Source: Octopus sinensis (lineage: Eukaryota). From it: DNA of 64,000 bases. The stretch lies in NCBI RefSeq assembly GCF_006345805.1, contig NC_043005.1:32922001-32986000 (forward strand), given 5' to 3'. The notes under the pieces were generated by a model, which saw nothing but the letters and a program-made list of their open reading frames with translations, had not been told where the DNA came from and ran no database searches. Below are positions 35,356 to 48,119 of the stretch, piece after piece. Position 1 is the stretch's first letter; every line of letters starts with the position of its first letter. The position numbers and the translations under genes are program-made.

Positions 35356-37309
35356 CGCACACTCATACAAACAAGCACATAACTTTCCTTGGAAGACTAT
35401 TGCTTTTGGCAAATATCTCATATTTGCCGAAAAAAAAGATATTAGCAAATAAATGCAACTGTAAATATTATTCCTATTTATTGTTGTTATAAAACAATAT
35501 TTAAACTAGTTTAATCATAGGTCGGTATTCAAAATAGTGTGGCTTTGTATATGATATATTACTAATGCAGTTTCTATAAAAAAAATAACGGAGTTTATTT
35601 GTGTTTCGTTTCTGTAGTTCTAAAATTTCTGTTTCGATTCTGACTTCATTTTGTCGACTTTCAGTATTCTTTCCTACTCTGATTTTCTTATCATTTTGCT
35701 AGTCATTTCCTCCTCATTCCATGTAATAATCTTCATCTTTCCATCAGTTGCAAGTCCATCAGTTTCTTTGTGACGGAGAATTTCATCGCCTGTTTCATTT
35801 ATAATTCAATATTTTCAGGCAGAGTTTACGAAAAAAAACAAACAAAAGACGAAGACAGGTGGTGTACAAAACAAACAGATGTATTAGTATAACGCTGAGG
35901 ATAGAAAAAGTCTTTTACGTTTCGAGCCTACGCTCTTCTACAGAAAGGGACTCAGAAAAAACAAGGAGAGAAAAAAAAGAGATAAAAAAAGAACAGAAAA
36001 AAGGAGAGAAAAAACTGCGTGTAGTGGCTAACGATCTATCATGGCGATACATACATACACACACATCATTCTACCTATTTATGTAGGTGTGTATTTGTGT
36101 GTATATGTGTGTGCGTGTGTGTGTGTGTGTGTACGCTCTCTTTTTTGTCTCTTCATCAAACGTCTTCCACCACCTCATTTCTTCATTTCCCCAAGTCTTC
36201 AATCCACACTTCGATACACAATGTTTTTCTTTTTTCAATTCTGTTTTTGCTAATCTCTATCATTCGTCCACTCTTTACACCTATGTTTACAACTTTAGGC
36301 TGATGACTGCTTTTTCTCTCCATCTCTCTGGCTCTTCCTGTCTTTCCCCCCTTTCCCTTTCTCTTTCTCTGTCTCTCTCTCTTTCTCTCTCCCTCAGAAT
36401 CTCTCGTATTTTGTCAATACCTCACCTATTTATCTTAACCCACCTCTCTCTAACCCCTTTTCTCGCTTTGTCTTTTTCAGTACGGCCACTCTTTTCTCCC
36501 TCACCTTCCATGTAGCATGACAAAAAGTCTTTGATAGTTTGAAACCATTACCCAGAAGCTGACAAGTATTTGATATTTAGGGGACTGGAAGTAAAGAATA
36601 TCACATGAACTGAAAGTAGAAATAACCAGTTCAATGTCAAAGAGTAGCAATTATTTTCGTTGGTAAAAGTCTGTTTTGAATGGTTGAAGATCTCTAATAA
36701 GCAACAGAGTCATAAAGTCTTTTGACTAAATTAAAACAATGGAAACTCAAATTCATTCTCCATCGAAGAACAAAATTATTAGAATAACAGCTACTCAGTT
36801 AAACCTATTTCTTTGAAACAGGAAACCGATGTTTTTTCTACTCTAAAGAATAACAATATTCTTCTCTTAATGAGTGATAATTTACAAAATTGAAGCCTAG
36901 ATATTTCTTTAAAAAAAAATATCTGATAGTAATTTAAAATGAACTAATTAACCTCAGTAGGGAATGTATCCGATTAATAAACAAAAACATCGACTGAAAA
37001 TAAAACTGGGCTTATGACGATTGTGCTGGCATAATAATTTCCTTATGTAGCATCATGCACTAATTATATTTATTTATTATGTTACTAGATCAATTAATCC
37101 TAAGTCTTCTCTTAATTACATCCTTGTCTCGAAACTAGCTCTATGCAGCTTTGACTTAGACTCGAAGTAAGACGTTTCCTTAACCGAACAATTCTCCCTT
37201 CAGAAAAAAAAAACACGTATAAACACACGCCCAAACACTCACACACATATACGCCTACAGACTGACTAGAGTCACATACTTTTCTGCATGTTTGTATGTA
37301 TGTGAATAT

Positions 37310-37346
<37 letters not shown>

Positions 37347-37383
37347 CACACACACACACACACACACACCACACACACACACG

Positions 37384-37431
<48 letters not shown>

Positions 37432-37721
37432 TATAGATATGGTATATACTCTTAAGAACGCAGTAGAGTACAGTATAAAGCTCATCCACCTTCAGATTTA
37501 CCTTGTGTTATTCATACGTACTTCCAGGTATATTGGCGTTTGGGTAGCTGTCGTGTGTGAATATATAATTGAAAAAATTGGAGTCAACAAGAAGGGAACA
37601 TTTATTTTTCAATCACAGCAATTGTTTCCATGCAACATAGTTTTCCAGTAGCGCAGGTACTGTTTCTCTGCATTATGAGGTCTAGTGTTTCCTCAGACGC
37701 TATTGTTTTGCTCTTTTCTTT

Positions 37722-37852
37722 TATTTGTTTCAGTCATTTGACTGTGACCATGTTGGAGCACCGCCCTTAATCGAGCAAATCGACCCCAGTACTTATTCTT
37801 CGTAAACCTAATACTTATTCTATCGGTCTCTTTTGCCGAACCGCTAATTTAC
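37722..37852 (-). mobile_element. SINE-B 3' part
   Basis: tttcagtcatttgactgtgaccatgttggagcaccgcc...ttgccgaaccgctaa. Confidence 0.88.
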
Positions 37853-37888
37853 GGCAATGTATATTGTATATACAGTTATATATATATA

Positions 37889-37926
<38 letters not shown>

Positions 37927-38251
37927 AACGGTCTGTGCATCTAGGATTAAGAAGGCTCCCCACTGACGAACCTTGCCTTAGCAAATATATTCTGTCTGTT
38001 TGCTAGAAATAGGAAGAAACTGATCAGTCTGGGATATAGCTGTAATGGTAAATGTTATTGATTTTCATTCCTTCAATGAATTTATTTCTTTTTGTGTCTC
38101 TAGCTCTACGCTTCCTTATTTGGAAGTCTTTTATTATATTTCTATATGAATACATATTGTCTAATGACTAATTCGTCTTTTGTGCTAGGCCAGTGGTAAT
38201 AATAATTTATGTTATTACCCTATTTGATTATATATATATATATATATATAT

Positions 38252-38306
<55 letters not shown>

Positions 38307-38308
<2 letters not shown>

Positions 38309-39525
38309 GAATGAAATGTCCGATTTTCTTATGCACCAAGTTCGACTGTCGTTAACTGTTTTATCCTGACAATTCTTCATCATCACTTTTCGAAATGAAA
38401 TTCATGGTGTCTGATTATATTGTGAGTTTTCTCTTGTAAATCGATTTTTGTGAACCCATGAATTGATCAAAAATTCATGTTGTTTATGAATATGAGTTCC
38501 GTCGTAGAACCAGAGAGTTCAAAACATCAATGAGGTGTTTGATGAAGATGTGGCGAATGAATGCACTGTACGTCGATGGTTTCAGAAGTTCCGGTCGGGT
38601 GATTTTACTCTTGAAAATCAGCCCCGTTGTAGACCTGAGACCAAGGTGGATAATGATGAGCTGGAAACTGTAGTGGAAACGGATACATCTCAAACTACGC
38701 GTGGGTTAGAAGCAAGGCTTGATGTTTCGATTCCACCTCTATTGGAAATCGGTAAGGTAAAGAAGCTGGACAAGTGGGTACCACACGAACTGAATGAGTA
38801 TCAAATGACACGTGGTCCTGAAACTCGCTGTTCTTTGTTGTCACGGAATAAAAGCGAACCATTTCTGCATTGTATTGTTACGTGTGATGAAAAATAGATT
38901 CTTTTCAACAATAGCAAGCGTTCTGCACGGTGGTTGGATAGAGACGAAGTTCCAAAACACAATCCAAAAAAGAATATTCATAGAAAAAAGCTAATGGTGT
39001 CTGTTTGGTGGTCCAACGCTGGTGTCATCCACTACAGCTTCATGAGACCTGGTAAGTCAATTACAGAGGATGTATACACCAACCAATTGGATGAAACGAT
39101 GAGTGAAGTTGCAATTAAACAACCGAGATTGGTCAATAGAGACAGGCCAATTCTCTTGCACGACAATGCTCGACCACATGTTGCACAAAAAACACAACTC
39201 AAGTTGCAGAAACTGAACTTGGAAGTACTCTGTCTTCCACCATATTCACAAAACCTTGAATTAACTATCTCGTTTTCCAGGCATTAGATAACTTTTTGCA
39301 AAGAAGAAATTTCAAATCTGAAGATGCAAAAACAGCCTTTTGTAATTTCCTCACCCCTTACTCTCCAGAATTTTCGCTGCTGGCACAAATAAGCTACCGA
39401 TAAAATAGCAAAATTGTGCTGATAATTTAGGTGCATACTTTGATTAACTGAATTGTTTTTTGTTGAGATAAAGTGAAATAAAGTTTCAGTTCAAAATCGG
39501 ACATTTCATTCTTAATGACCTGATA
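38307..39525 (+). mobile_element. mariner (Hsmar1/cecropia-like), nearly full length, decayed
   Basis: TIR remnants gaatgaaatgtccgatttt and aaaatcggacatttcattcttaatgacctgata. TVRRWFQKFRSGDFTLE, KWVPHEL, IVTCDEK, LLHDNARPH, PPYSQNL. Confidence 0.93.
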
Positions 39526-39589
39526 TATATATATATATATATCATAAGTAAAGAAATGACAAAGGAATAATCGAGCATCTTATGAACTT

Positions 39590-40010
39590 CATTGACTTAC
39601 AGCTGTTTCCGCTAATAGATGCGACAGACTCATAATAGAATGCCTGAGTAACATTTTACAGTTACACCTTTGTCATCTCGTTTCTTATTGCCGTTCTGTA
39701 GCTGTTAACACTTTGTTGTAGAGAATTGATAATAATGGTACACCCCTTTCACGTGACGAGCGGAATGGGAGGTCACCACAAGTGAGTTGACGTCGGCCAG
39801 TATCTAGAGAGTACGTAGAGTATGGGAGTACATGCAGACTGTGTTGATAGTCGTGTCTGTGCTGATATAGTAATTATACTGGGATACTGAGAGGAAGTAA
39901 TAACTATCCAACCTTTTGAGGATAATAACACTGTACGAGTGGGGATCGTAGAGTGTCAGAAACATCGTATTGACGACTTCAGAATATAACAATATCTGTC
40001 AGAACGACAA
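39590..40010 (-). mobile_element. decayed PLE-like remnant with the 3' half of a hammerhead motif
   Basis: Minus strand cgc-atctatta-gcg-GAAAC-AGCT-GTA-agtc at 39596-39623. Upstream frameshifted STHLW and QNGNKK pieces resemble a PLE GIY-YIG C-terminus. Confidence 0.4.
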
Positions 40011-40245
40011 CCTATTTCTATACTACCCACAAGGGGCTAAACACAGAGAGGACAAACAAGGACAGACAAACGGGTGAAGTCGATAATTCGACCCCAGTGC
40101 GTAACTGGTACTTATTTAATCGACCCAGAAAGGATGAAAGGCAAAGTCGACCTCGGCGGAATTTGAACTCAGAACGTAGCGGCAGACGAAATACCGCTCA
40201 GCATTTCGCCCAGCGTGCTACCGATTCTGCCAGCTCGCCGCCTTA
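40011..40245 (-). mobile_element. SINE-A subfamily with long tail, little decayed; second copy at 42928-43101
   Basis: The two copies share cccacaaggggctaaacacagagaggacaaacaaggacagacaaacgg and the SINE-A body almost identically. Confidence 0.92.
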
Positions 40246-40761
40246 TATGTCAGAACGACAACCGTCGTACAAAGAAAGATAGAACAGCAGAAAAAAATCC
40301 GCTTTATAATAGCGGTGACGAGGATAAACCAATTCACGAAGAGGATTTAAATAACTCACGAGAAATTGATAAACTTGACGAGGATTAACCAACTCAAGTG
40401 GAGTTAATAGAAAATCGTAGAGGAGTTAACAAACTCACAAAGTTTTTCTTGTGTAAATTTTACGAAAAATCGTAAAATTATGGAAGATTTGTTGGCAGGT
40501 TTGTTTTGAGTTGCAAAAACAGCTGAAAGAAGAGTAACAACAACAAATACAACTGTAAGAGCAACAACAAACAAATGCTGCAATTACTGAAGTCGTCAGG
40601 AAAGCCAGAAAAAGTGTTCTTGTCAGACGAATTCTCGCTTGCAAATTCACTAACTGAATTCAAATACAAACCTGATGAAAGACCGCTTTATAATACACTT
40701 CATTCAGGAGCATACGTATATTGAGTTCTATATCAGGTTGTTAGTATGCCAATGCCTTAGC

Positions 40762-40802
<41 letters not shown>

Positions 40803-40811
40803 GTGTGTGTG

Positions 40812-41015
40812 TGTTTGTTCCTCTCACTGCTTGGCAACCGGTAATGGTTTGTTCACGTCCCCATAATCTAGCCGTTCGGCAAAAAGAGACCGATAGGATA
40901 AGAACCAGGCTTGAAGATAAGCACTAGATTCGATTTGTTTTCACTGAACTTCTTAAGCCGGTGCCCCAGTATGGCCACAGTGTAATGAGTGAAACAAGTA
41001 AAAGATAAAAGAATA
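40812..41015 (+). mobile_element. SINE-B 3' half
   Basis: gttcggcaaaaagagaccgataggataag...ggtgccccagtatggccacagtgtaatgagtgaaacaagtaaaag. Confidence 0.85.
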
Positions 41016-41593
41016 AAACGAAAGTTTGAATTGCTAATAAAATTTTGGAAAATCAATGGAAATTGATTAGAACATAGATGTCGGTGAATGTAAAACGAAA
41101 AATGACTGGTTTGGTAGAAGTGGGGTGACTAACTGTTGACGGTTCAACATTAATTTATAAAACTGAAGTTCTTCGATAGGTTCGGAGATGAAAGGGGGTT
41201 TAAGGTTAATCTTCTCAAAGCAATTATCAGACCATATTTAGAAGCGAGACCATTTCCAATAATCTATAAAACCATTAGTGATAATGAAGTTAAGGAAAGT
41301 AGTTAATGAAGTTTTTTTTGTTTTATAAAATAAATTTTTCTTGGCGGGAGCTAATGTGCTTGTTTTTAGTGATTGTATGAAAGGTGAGTTGATAGATGTA
41401 TCAGTGTGTGAAAGGATAAGAAGAGAGGGAGTAATAAGGAAATGACTTGTTCAGTCTTTTTTTATCCAACTACAAATGCTGTATGATTATTTCATTCTGT
41501 TTTTGGCAGGAGATATTTTATTCAATTGGATTTAAACTGGTTTCAGCCATTTGACTGCAGCCATGCAAGGGCACCGTCTTGAAGGGTTTAGTC

Positions 41594-41917
41594 CAGGGCT
41601 GGCCAACCTGAGACCTAGATGCCGCATGCGGCCCGTAGATTTTTATCTTGTGGCTCGCTTGATACTTTCCTGAAATGGGTTTATTTAAACAAACATTTAA
41701 AAATTTTATCAAAAATTAAAGATTTTAATGAAAAGTAAAAAAAGAAAGATACTGCTGTTTTTGCAACGACAATATTTCATGCTAAATCAACGATCATTCA
41801 TTGTAATAATAACATGAGAAAGCAAAATGCTTTTAATTCTGTTAATATACAAGCGCCCCTCAAAACATTTTCTATGATTAAAGTGGCCTGCAATGTAATT
41901 CGAGATGGTCAGGCTTG
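41594..41917. mobile_element. hAT-type MITE with 8-bp TSD, inserted in a SINE tail
   Basis: Starts cagggctggccaacc and ends in degenerate gatggtcaggcttg. Perfect TSD gtttagtc at 41586-41593 and 41918-41925, with central TA. Confidence 0.9.
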
Positions 41918-42076
41918 GTTTAGTCCAGCAAATTAACCCCAATATTTATAGTTTTAAAGTATTGTATTTGCTCTATTGGCCTCTATCCAGACCGGAGACG
42001 TTAAAAACCCAACACCGGTTGTTGGCATTTGGGGTGAGAAATACAAACATGCGCACACACATACGCACACATACAT

Positions 42077-42109
<33 letters not shown>

Positions 42110-42174
42110 ACGTGCGCGCGCACTCTCTCACTCTCTCACATACACACACACATACGCACGCATACACGCACACT

Positions 42175-42205
<31 letters not shown>

Positions 42206-42234
42206 TTGGATTATGTGTGTGTGTGTGCGTGTGT

Positions 42235-42375
42235 ACGTCAGTTTTCTACACAGTCTATCAAATTCGCACAGAAAGCATTGGTAAGCCCGGGGTTTATAGC
42301 AGAAGACACTTTCCCAAGGTACCGCGCAGTGAGACTGAACCCGAAACCATGTGATTGCAAAGCGAGCTCGTCCTA
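42235..42375 (-). mobile_element. SINE-B head fragment
   Basis: gaagacactttcccaaggtaccgcgcagtgagactgaacccgaaaccatgtg. Confidence 0.85.
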
Positions 42376-43781
42376 CAATAAGCTAGAATAACACTGCATT
42401 TAGCTTAATCATCGCAGACATTTTCTAACGAATTTAGGAAATGAGTTCCTGTTTTAGGTCTCAGTTAATTGAAATATTTTTTGACTGTTCTTTAGACTTA
42501 CTGATGTAAAATCTTGCTGGCCTGAAGTAATAGAAGACTAGAGGAAAAGACAAGGATAATGTAGTCCAAGATACGTTATGCTAAATGTGATGTCTGAGTT
42601 ATGGTAATGTTGATTGAGTTGCGTGTGCTTTAAATGCTGATAACTGTTGAGGTGGCTACCAGAGTTTAATTAGCCAGTTGAATAAAGCTTCGGAAGGTAA
42701 ATGATAGAGGATAATAAGAGACATTTTATTTTTTGGTTAAGTATACTACGAGATGATTAGTATTAGTCATGGCCGGAGTACAATCGATTTTTTAATGCGA
42801 TATTGTCCCAAACAAGGCTTGAGACTCCTGTAACGTAAGGGACTACAAGAAGGAAAAGAAGAGGCCTACAAATTCAAAAGGAGTGAATATCATAGACCTG
42901 ATGAAAGCAAGACTGTGGTACAAAATACCTGTTTCTTTACTGCCCACAAGGGGCTAAACACAGAGAGGACAAACAAGGACAGACAAACGGATTAAGTCGA
43001 TTACATCGACTCCAGTGCGTAACTGGTACTTATTTAATCGACCCCGAAAGGATGATAGGCAAAGTCGACCTCGGCGGAATTTGAACTCAGAACGTAACGG
43101 CGTGCACCAGTTCGAAGGAAGAAGCTTTTAGAATAAAATTACTTATGACAAACAGGAAGCTCAACCGAGACACGATACGTCTTGGAAGAGAAGCTGGTGA
43201 CGCGTTTAATGTCTTGACAGAGGATAGTTGACCAAAATGTTGACCAGAACAATAATTATGGATATACTTGATCAGTGCCGATCTAGGAGCAAAAAAAAAA
43301 AAAAAAACGGAGATAACAAGCAATAGATGCGGTAGGAACAAAAACAGCAACAGCAAAAACATCAGTAATTGTATTTGCTTTGTGTTTACGTGACTGATGT
43401 TTGTGATTGGAATGAGGGTAATGTGAGGGTTTGAGGGGCAAGTGAGTGACGGAAGGGCAGAAGAAATAAGAAATAGGTACGAGTTGAATATGCGTATGAA
43501 GTGAGTAGGAGAGGTGGTGTTAGTGGGGGTGGATGGAAGAGTGGAGAACGGGTGTTATGCGAACAAAAGAGGAATGTAAAACTGAAGACAGACCTCCAAG
43601 TGGTGGAAGAGTAAAGTGTGGGTAGATAATGTAAGAGAAGAAGACAGAGGAGTAGAAGTTACCTTCTTAGAATGTATCTTTCCCCCTTCATAGTACACTC
43701 AGCGTTCCAGAAGTAATGAATGTGAACAACTAAACCATTTTGATAATTTCATTGTTTTATATGTATATGTGTATGTGTATG

Positions 43782-43815
<34 letters not shown>

Positions 43816-44779
43816 TATATATATGCCTGTGTGTGTACATATATATAATATAATATATATATATACATATATATGTGTGTATGTGTGTGTACATATATAT
43901 ATATATACATATATGTGTGTGTGTGTGTACATATATATATATATACATATATGTGTGTGTATGTATATATATAAATATGTATGTATATATATATATACAT
44001 ATATATATACATATATGTGTGTGTATGTATATATATAAATATGTATGTATATATATATACATATATATACATGCATATATATATATATATATATATGCAC
44101 ACACACACACACCCCTATTTAGGCACACGAACTATATACGTATATATGCACATATACACGCAACATACGCATATTTAAACGTGTGTTAGAATGCGCTTTT
44201 GTCGGCCAGCGTGGTTTCTTATAAAAATCGAGAGAGAGACGGAGAGAAAGAGAGGAGGAGGGAAAGAGGTATAGGGTCACATTTGTTAACAGTGTGAATA
44301 CTTACGCCATTGTATATGAAGTTTCTGCCTATTAAGCTTGTGCATATGTTTGTATGTGTATCTATTTGTGTGTACGAGTGTGAGTGTTTGTGTGTGTGTG
44401 TGTGTATGTGTGTAAGTGTGTACATACATTACTCCATTTGTGATTTGTTACTGTCACTCACACTTGCCATCCCCCACCCAACACTTCCGTTCTCTGATTC
44501 CGTCCATCTTTCATGTTGTTAGGATCAAAGAGAACATTTGTGATGTTTGTCACAGACAGATACCACCTTGTCGGACAAAATAATACTTATGCCCTTATGC
44601 GTGTGCATGCGTGTGCGTGTGTGTGTATACTATAACATATACGAGTGTTATTTTATTGCAACACACACACACAAACACCTATATACACATACACACATAC
44701 ATATACACATACACATGCGCGCACACACACATATATAGATATAACATTATATACCTTTATACGTAAATATTTTGTTTTA

Positions 44780-44810
<31 letters not shown>

Positions 44811-44908
44811 GTAAATAGATTGATACACATACGTACAAACATTTGAATATATAATCTTATATATAGATAGATATAAAATCAAAATAAGCAACAGGATATC
44901 TAGAGGTA

Positions 44909-44996
44909 ATGCAGTACGATCGTTTCAAGCGACTCCATTTAATTGAACAATGCAACCATTACATCAATTTAAATGCAGATGAATCCTCAGCTGCAT
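44909..44996 (-). ncRNA. type-I hammerhead ribozyme motif with intact catalytic core and long helix II
   Basis: Minus strand ATGCAG-CTGAGGA-[57 nt with internal stem]-GAAAC-GATC-GTA-CTGCAT. Confidence 0.75.
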
Positions 44997-46778
44997 GAAT
45001 ACATAGAATTAAATTAAATTAGAACAGATGGACAAATTAGTATACTCTTACCTAAAACCTCCAAGAAGGTAAGGAGATAGACAAAGAACATGCTGTCTTC
45101 ACTTCAGCTTAGAAGCTACTAAAGTATCAGGAAGAAAGACTTGTTAGAGATCTAGCTTGTTACTCAGTCTTTATAGATACAAGCTAAATAAGTAAATAAA
45201 CAATTTTTAGTTTAAATACTTGAATTATTATATATTTTCTATAAATCTTCTCTATTGATGTTAATAAGGTATATATACTTCATCGTGGTTTTAGTGATAA
45301 AGCTATTTTATTCCTTTTCTATGGTGTTCTACCCTACCTAATCATTCTATTATTTTATGATAGCCTTTATGAAATAAAGGAAAGTCGTAATTATGTTCTA
45401 GGGATCACGCATGTGTTTTCTTGAGTGGGAGGCAAAGCCTGCTTTGCTCCGCACCACAGAATCACAACGACTAGTATGTATGTATCGTACAAAATGTAAA
45501 TAGATCGTGATAGGTAAAATATGCTGCGTTATTCGTCCTGTGATATCATCTCCCATGGATGCACTATGTTTAAAAACACAATATGTATCTATCGATGAGA
45601 GACGAAACTCGTCGCAGCTGCGATGAGTTTTCGTAGTATATTGATGGTGACGGATTTTTGATAGGCATGCTGATTATCCGACACCTAATAGTAGTCAATG
45701 ACTACGGCAGTAATTTCTAAGTTGGTTCAATTCCTACAATAAACGGATATCTCCTTCCTCGAAACTAATTTCATTTCCCCTGCAAAATCCTACTTTTCCG
45801 TTGCACATTTTAACATTATTCATCCGCTTCAAATTTCAACAGGCAAATATTTCTCTTATCTGTTTTACCTCAAATTCTCGTACATTATTGAACAGATGGT
45901 TCTGGAAATATGATTCCGAATGTCCTTTCACGGTATTAATAGTCCCATCGCATTTTTCTCTCTATGTCATTCTCATCCTGAGCAAAATCGCTCTTTAATT
46001 AAACATTTTGACTGTAGCTATCGTAGGAAGTGTAAAAGGAAATAGCGAACTTGTTTACTGCGCGGTTATTTTACAAGAGACACTGATCAAAGAAGCAATC
46101 TTATACGTATTTAGTGACAAATGTAGAGGAAAGAAAAAAAAGAAAAGACATCATAGGAGGGACAATTTTTTTTTTTTTACCAAGCATTGTATTAGTTTAA
46201 CACTTAAAAAAGAGTTAAAAGTGTCTGGACGTTTCGAGCGCTTCTCCTTCATCAGAAGAAAAGTGTAGAAGAAAGTAAAGGCGGAGTGTGTAAGGGAAAA
46301 TAGAAAACAGTTTAGAAGAGAAGAAACAAGTGTTTAGAGCCTTACCGTCTTGAAGGAGCATTTCGCATTGACATTTAGTGCTTACGAATACAGAAATATA
46401 CATGTGTGGATGTGTGTGCATGCGTATGCGTGTGTATGTGTGTGTGTGTGGGGGGGTGTATATGTGTGTTTATGCACCTAAACACGATATCATGTTCACT
46501 AGAAACAACAACAACAAGAACAATAAATTCTGTCTCGTTTTTAACTTCAGTCATCTTTCCTCTCGAAATCTTGACTTCATTTGTAATTTTGTTTGATTTA
46601 TTTTTGGTTTATTGCGCAAGATCGGGTTTTGTCAGGGTTTATTAGTTTGACTCCACCTCACTATAGACTAGTTGTTTGTTATCGATCATAATTCGAAGAA
46701 AAGCAACGTCTAGCCATTTAGGATTTCAACAAAGGACTTAGACTGATAAAATAAACAACAGTAAGTTCATCATGTTGT

Positions 46779-46815
<37 letters not shown>

Positions 46816-48119
46816 GGTGGTGGTGGTGTGGTGGTGGTGACGGCCGCGATGGTGGTAGCGGTGTCGGCCACGATGGTAGTGTTGGTGGCGCTGGTGATGG
46901 TCGTTATGCTAGTGGAGCTGGTCTGGTAGTTTGTTTAAACCATGTCGGTTCTGATTGACTAAATCTATGATCAAAATTCTCCCAGTTGAAACCTTTTAGT
47001 ATATTTTAGGACTAAGTTATGTGGTCTGCTTTTTTTTTCAAGCCCGTAAAATACACTTTAAGGGAATTTGACTGCTATTTCTAGGCTCCAGCTTTGGTAC
47101 TGTGTGCAGTTTGGTCCGGCTACCTACTTTTCCATGTTTTGAAAATTTCGTTATTTCTTGTTAATGGCGGGAAATTAACAAAAACCCAATTTGTTTGATG
47201 CTAAAGGCTTCTATAATAATTTCAAATACTTGTTTATATTTTTCTGTGTCAGTCACTAAAATATTAGGAAAATATATGTTGGTATTTCACATGATGGAAG
47301 CCGGAACAATATTTAAGTCGACGTGCACGGTTGCAGAGATAATAGTTATTTGAACTCTATAGCGCAAAGACTATAAATGTTGGATTTCCAATAATGTATC
47401 CTTGCTGAATTACCATTAGTCTTACTCAAAATATTGGACACCAATAAATTTGTAAACACACTGGTGTTTTAATCTAAGGCTGTTTCAAGTGTGTATGTTA
47501 ATTCAATTGTAGTCAAACCTAGCCTCCACACAAATCAGTAGATAATTGTTTACCAACTTCTATATCGGAACAATCAATTCCGGCTTAATGCAGAACATCT
47601 GAGTATTGTCACTGAGAAGACTTAAACCTGGTATAAAATCTATCTGTGTCTGGTGAGCCACTGGTGTTCTGAGCTAATCCCGGTGTTTATAAAACACGTT
47701 TCTTTGAGACGTTTCTCTAAGGCAAAATATTACAGCTAGTATTGTCTCACTTTATTATACACAATATAAAAGTGTGTAAACACCGGTGTGTGTGTGTGAG
47801 AGAGAGGGGGGTGGAAATGATAGGATGGGTGAAAAATTGTCAGATGAACCGTCATTCGAGTAGCTACAGACACTGAGATACTGATTCACTGATACACAGG
47901 AATGCACACAGACGAAACATAAAACCACAAATGCTGTTCTCTCATTTCCCACTACAAGACAGAAAAATGAACAACAAATACAAGATTATGAAAAAAAAAG
48001 TTCGTTTAGTTTTATTTTTCAATCTGTCACCATCTGAACTAAATATTAGTGGTGCTTGACACGTGGCAACAGTTTAGGATACACGCGCGCGCGCGCGTGT
48101 GTGTTACGGTAATTAACTC

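Noticed and set aside
41020-41500. Possible PLE relics here and at 42400-42930 and 55330-55920
   Set aside because: The composition is suggestive, but I could not recover ordered protein motifs. A translated HMM search would be needed.
45592-45613. cgatgagagacgaaactcgtc resembling a collapsed laboratory hammerhead
   Set aside because: Helix II would be 1 bp, the first box is not CUGA, and the sequence is better explained as one arm of the 45602-45634 palindrome.
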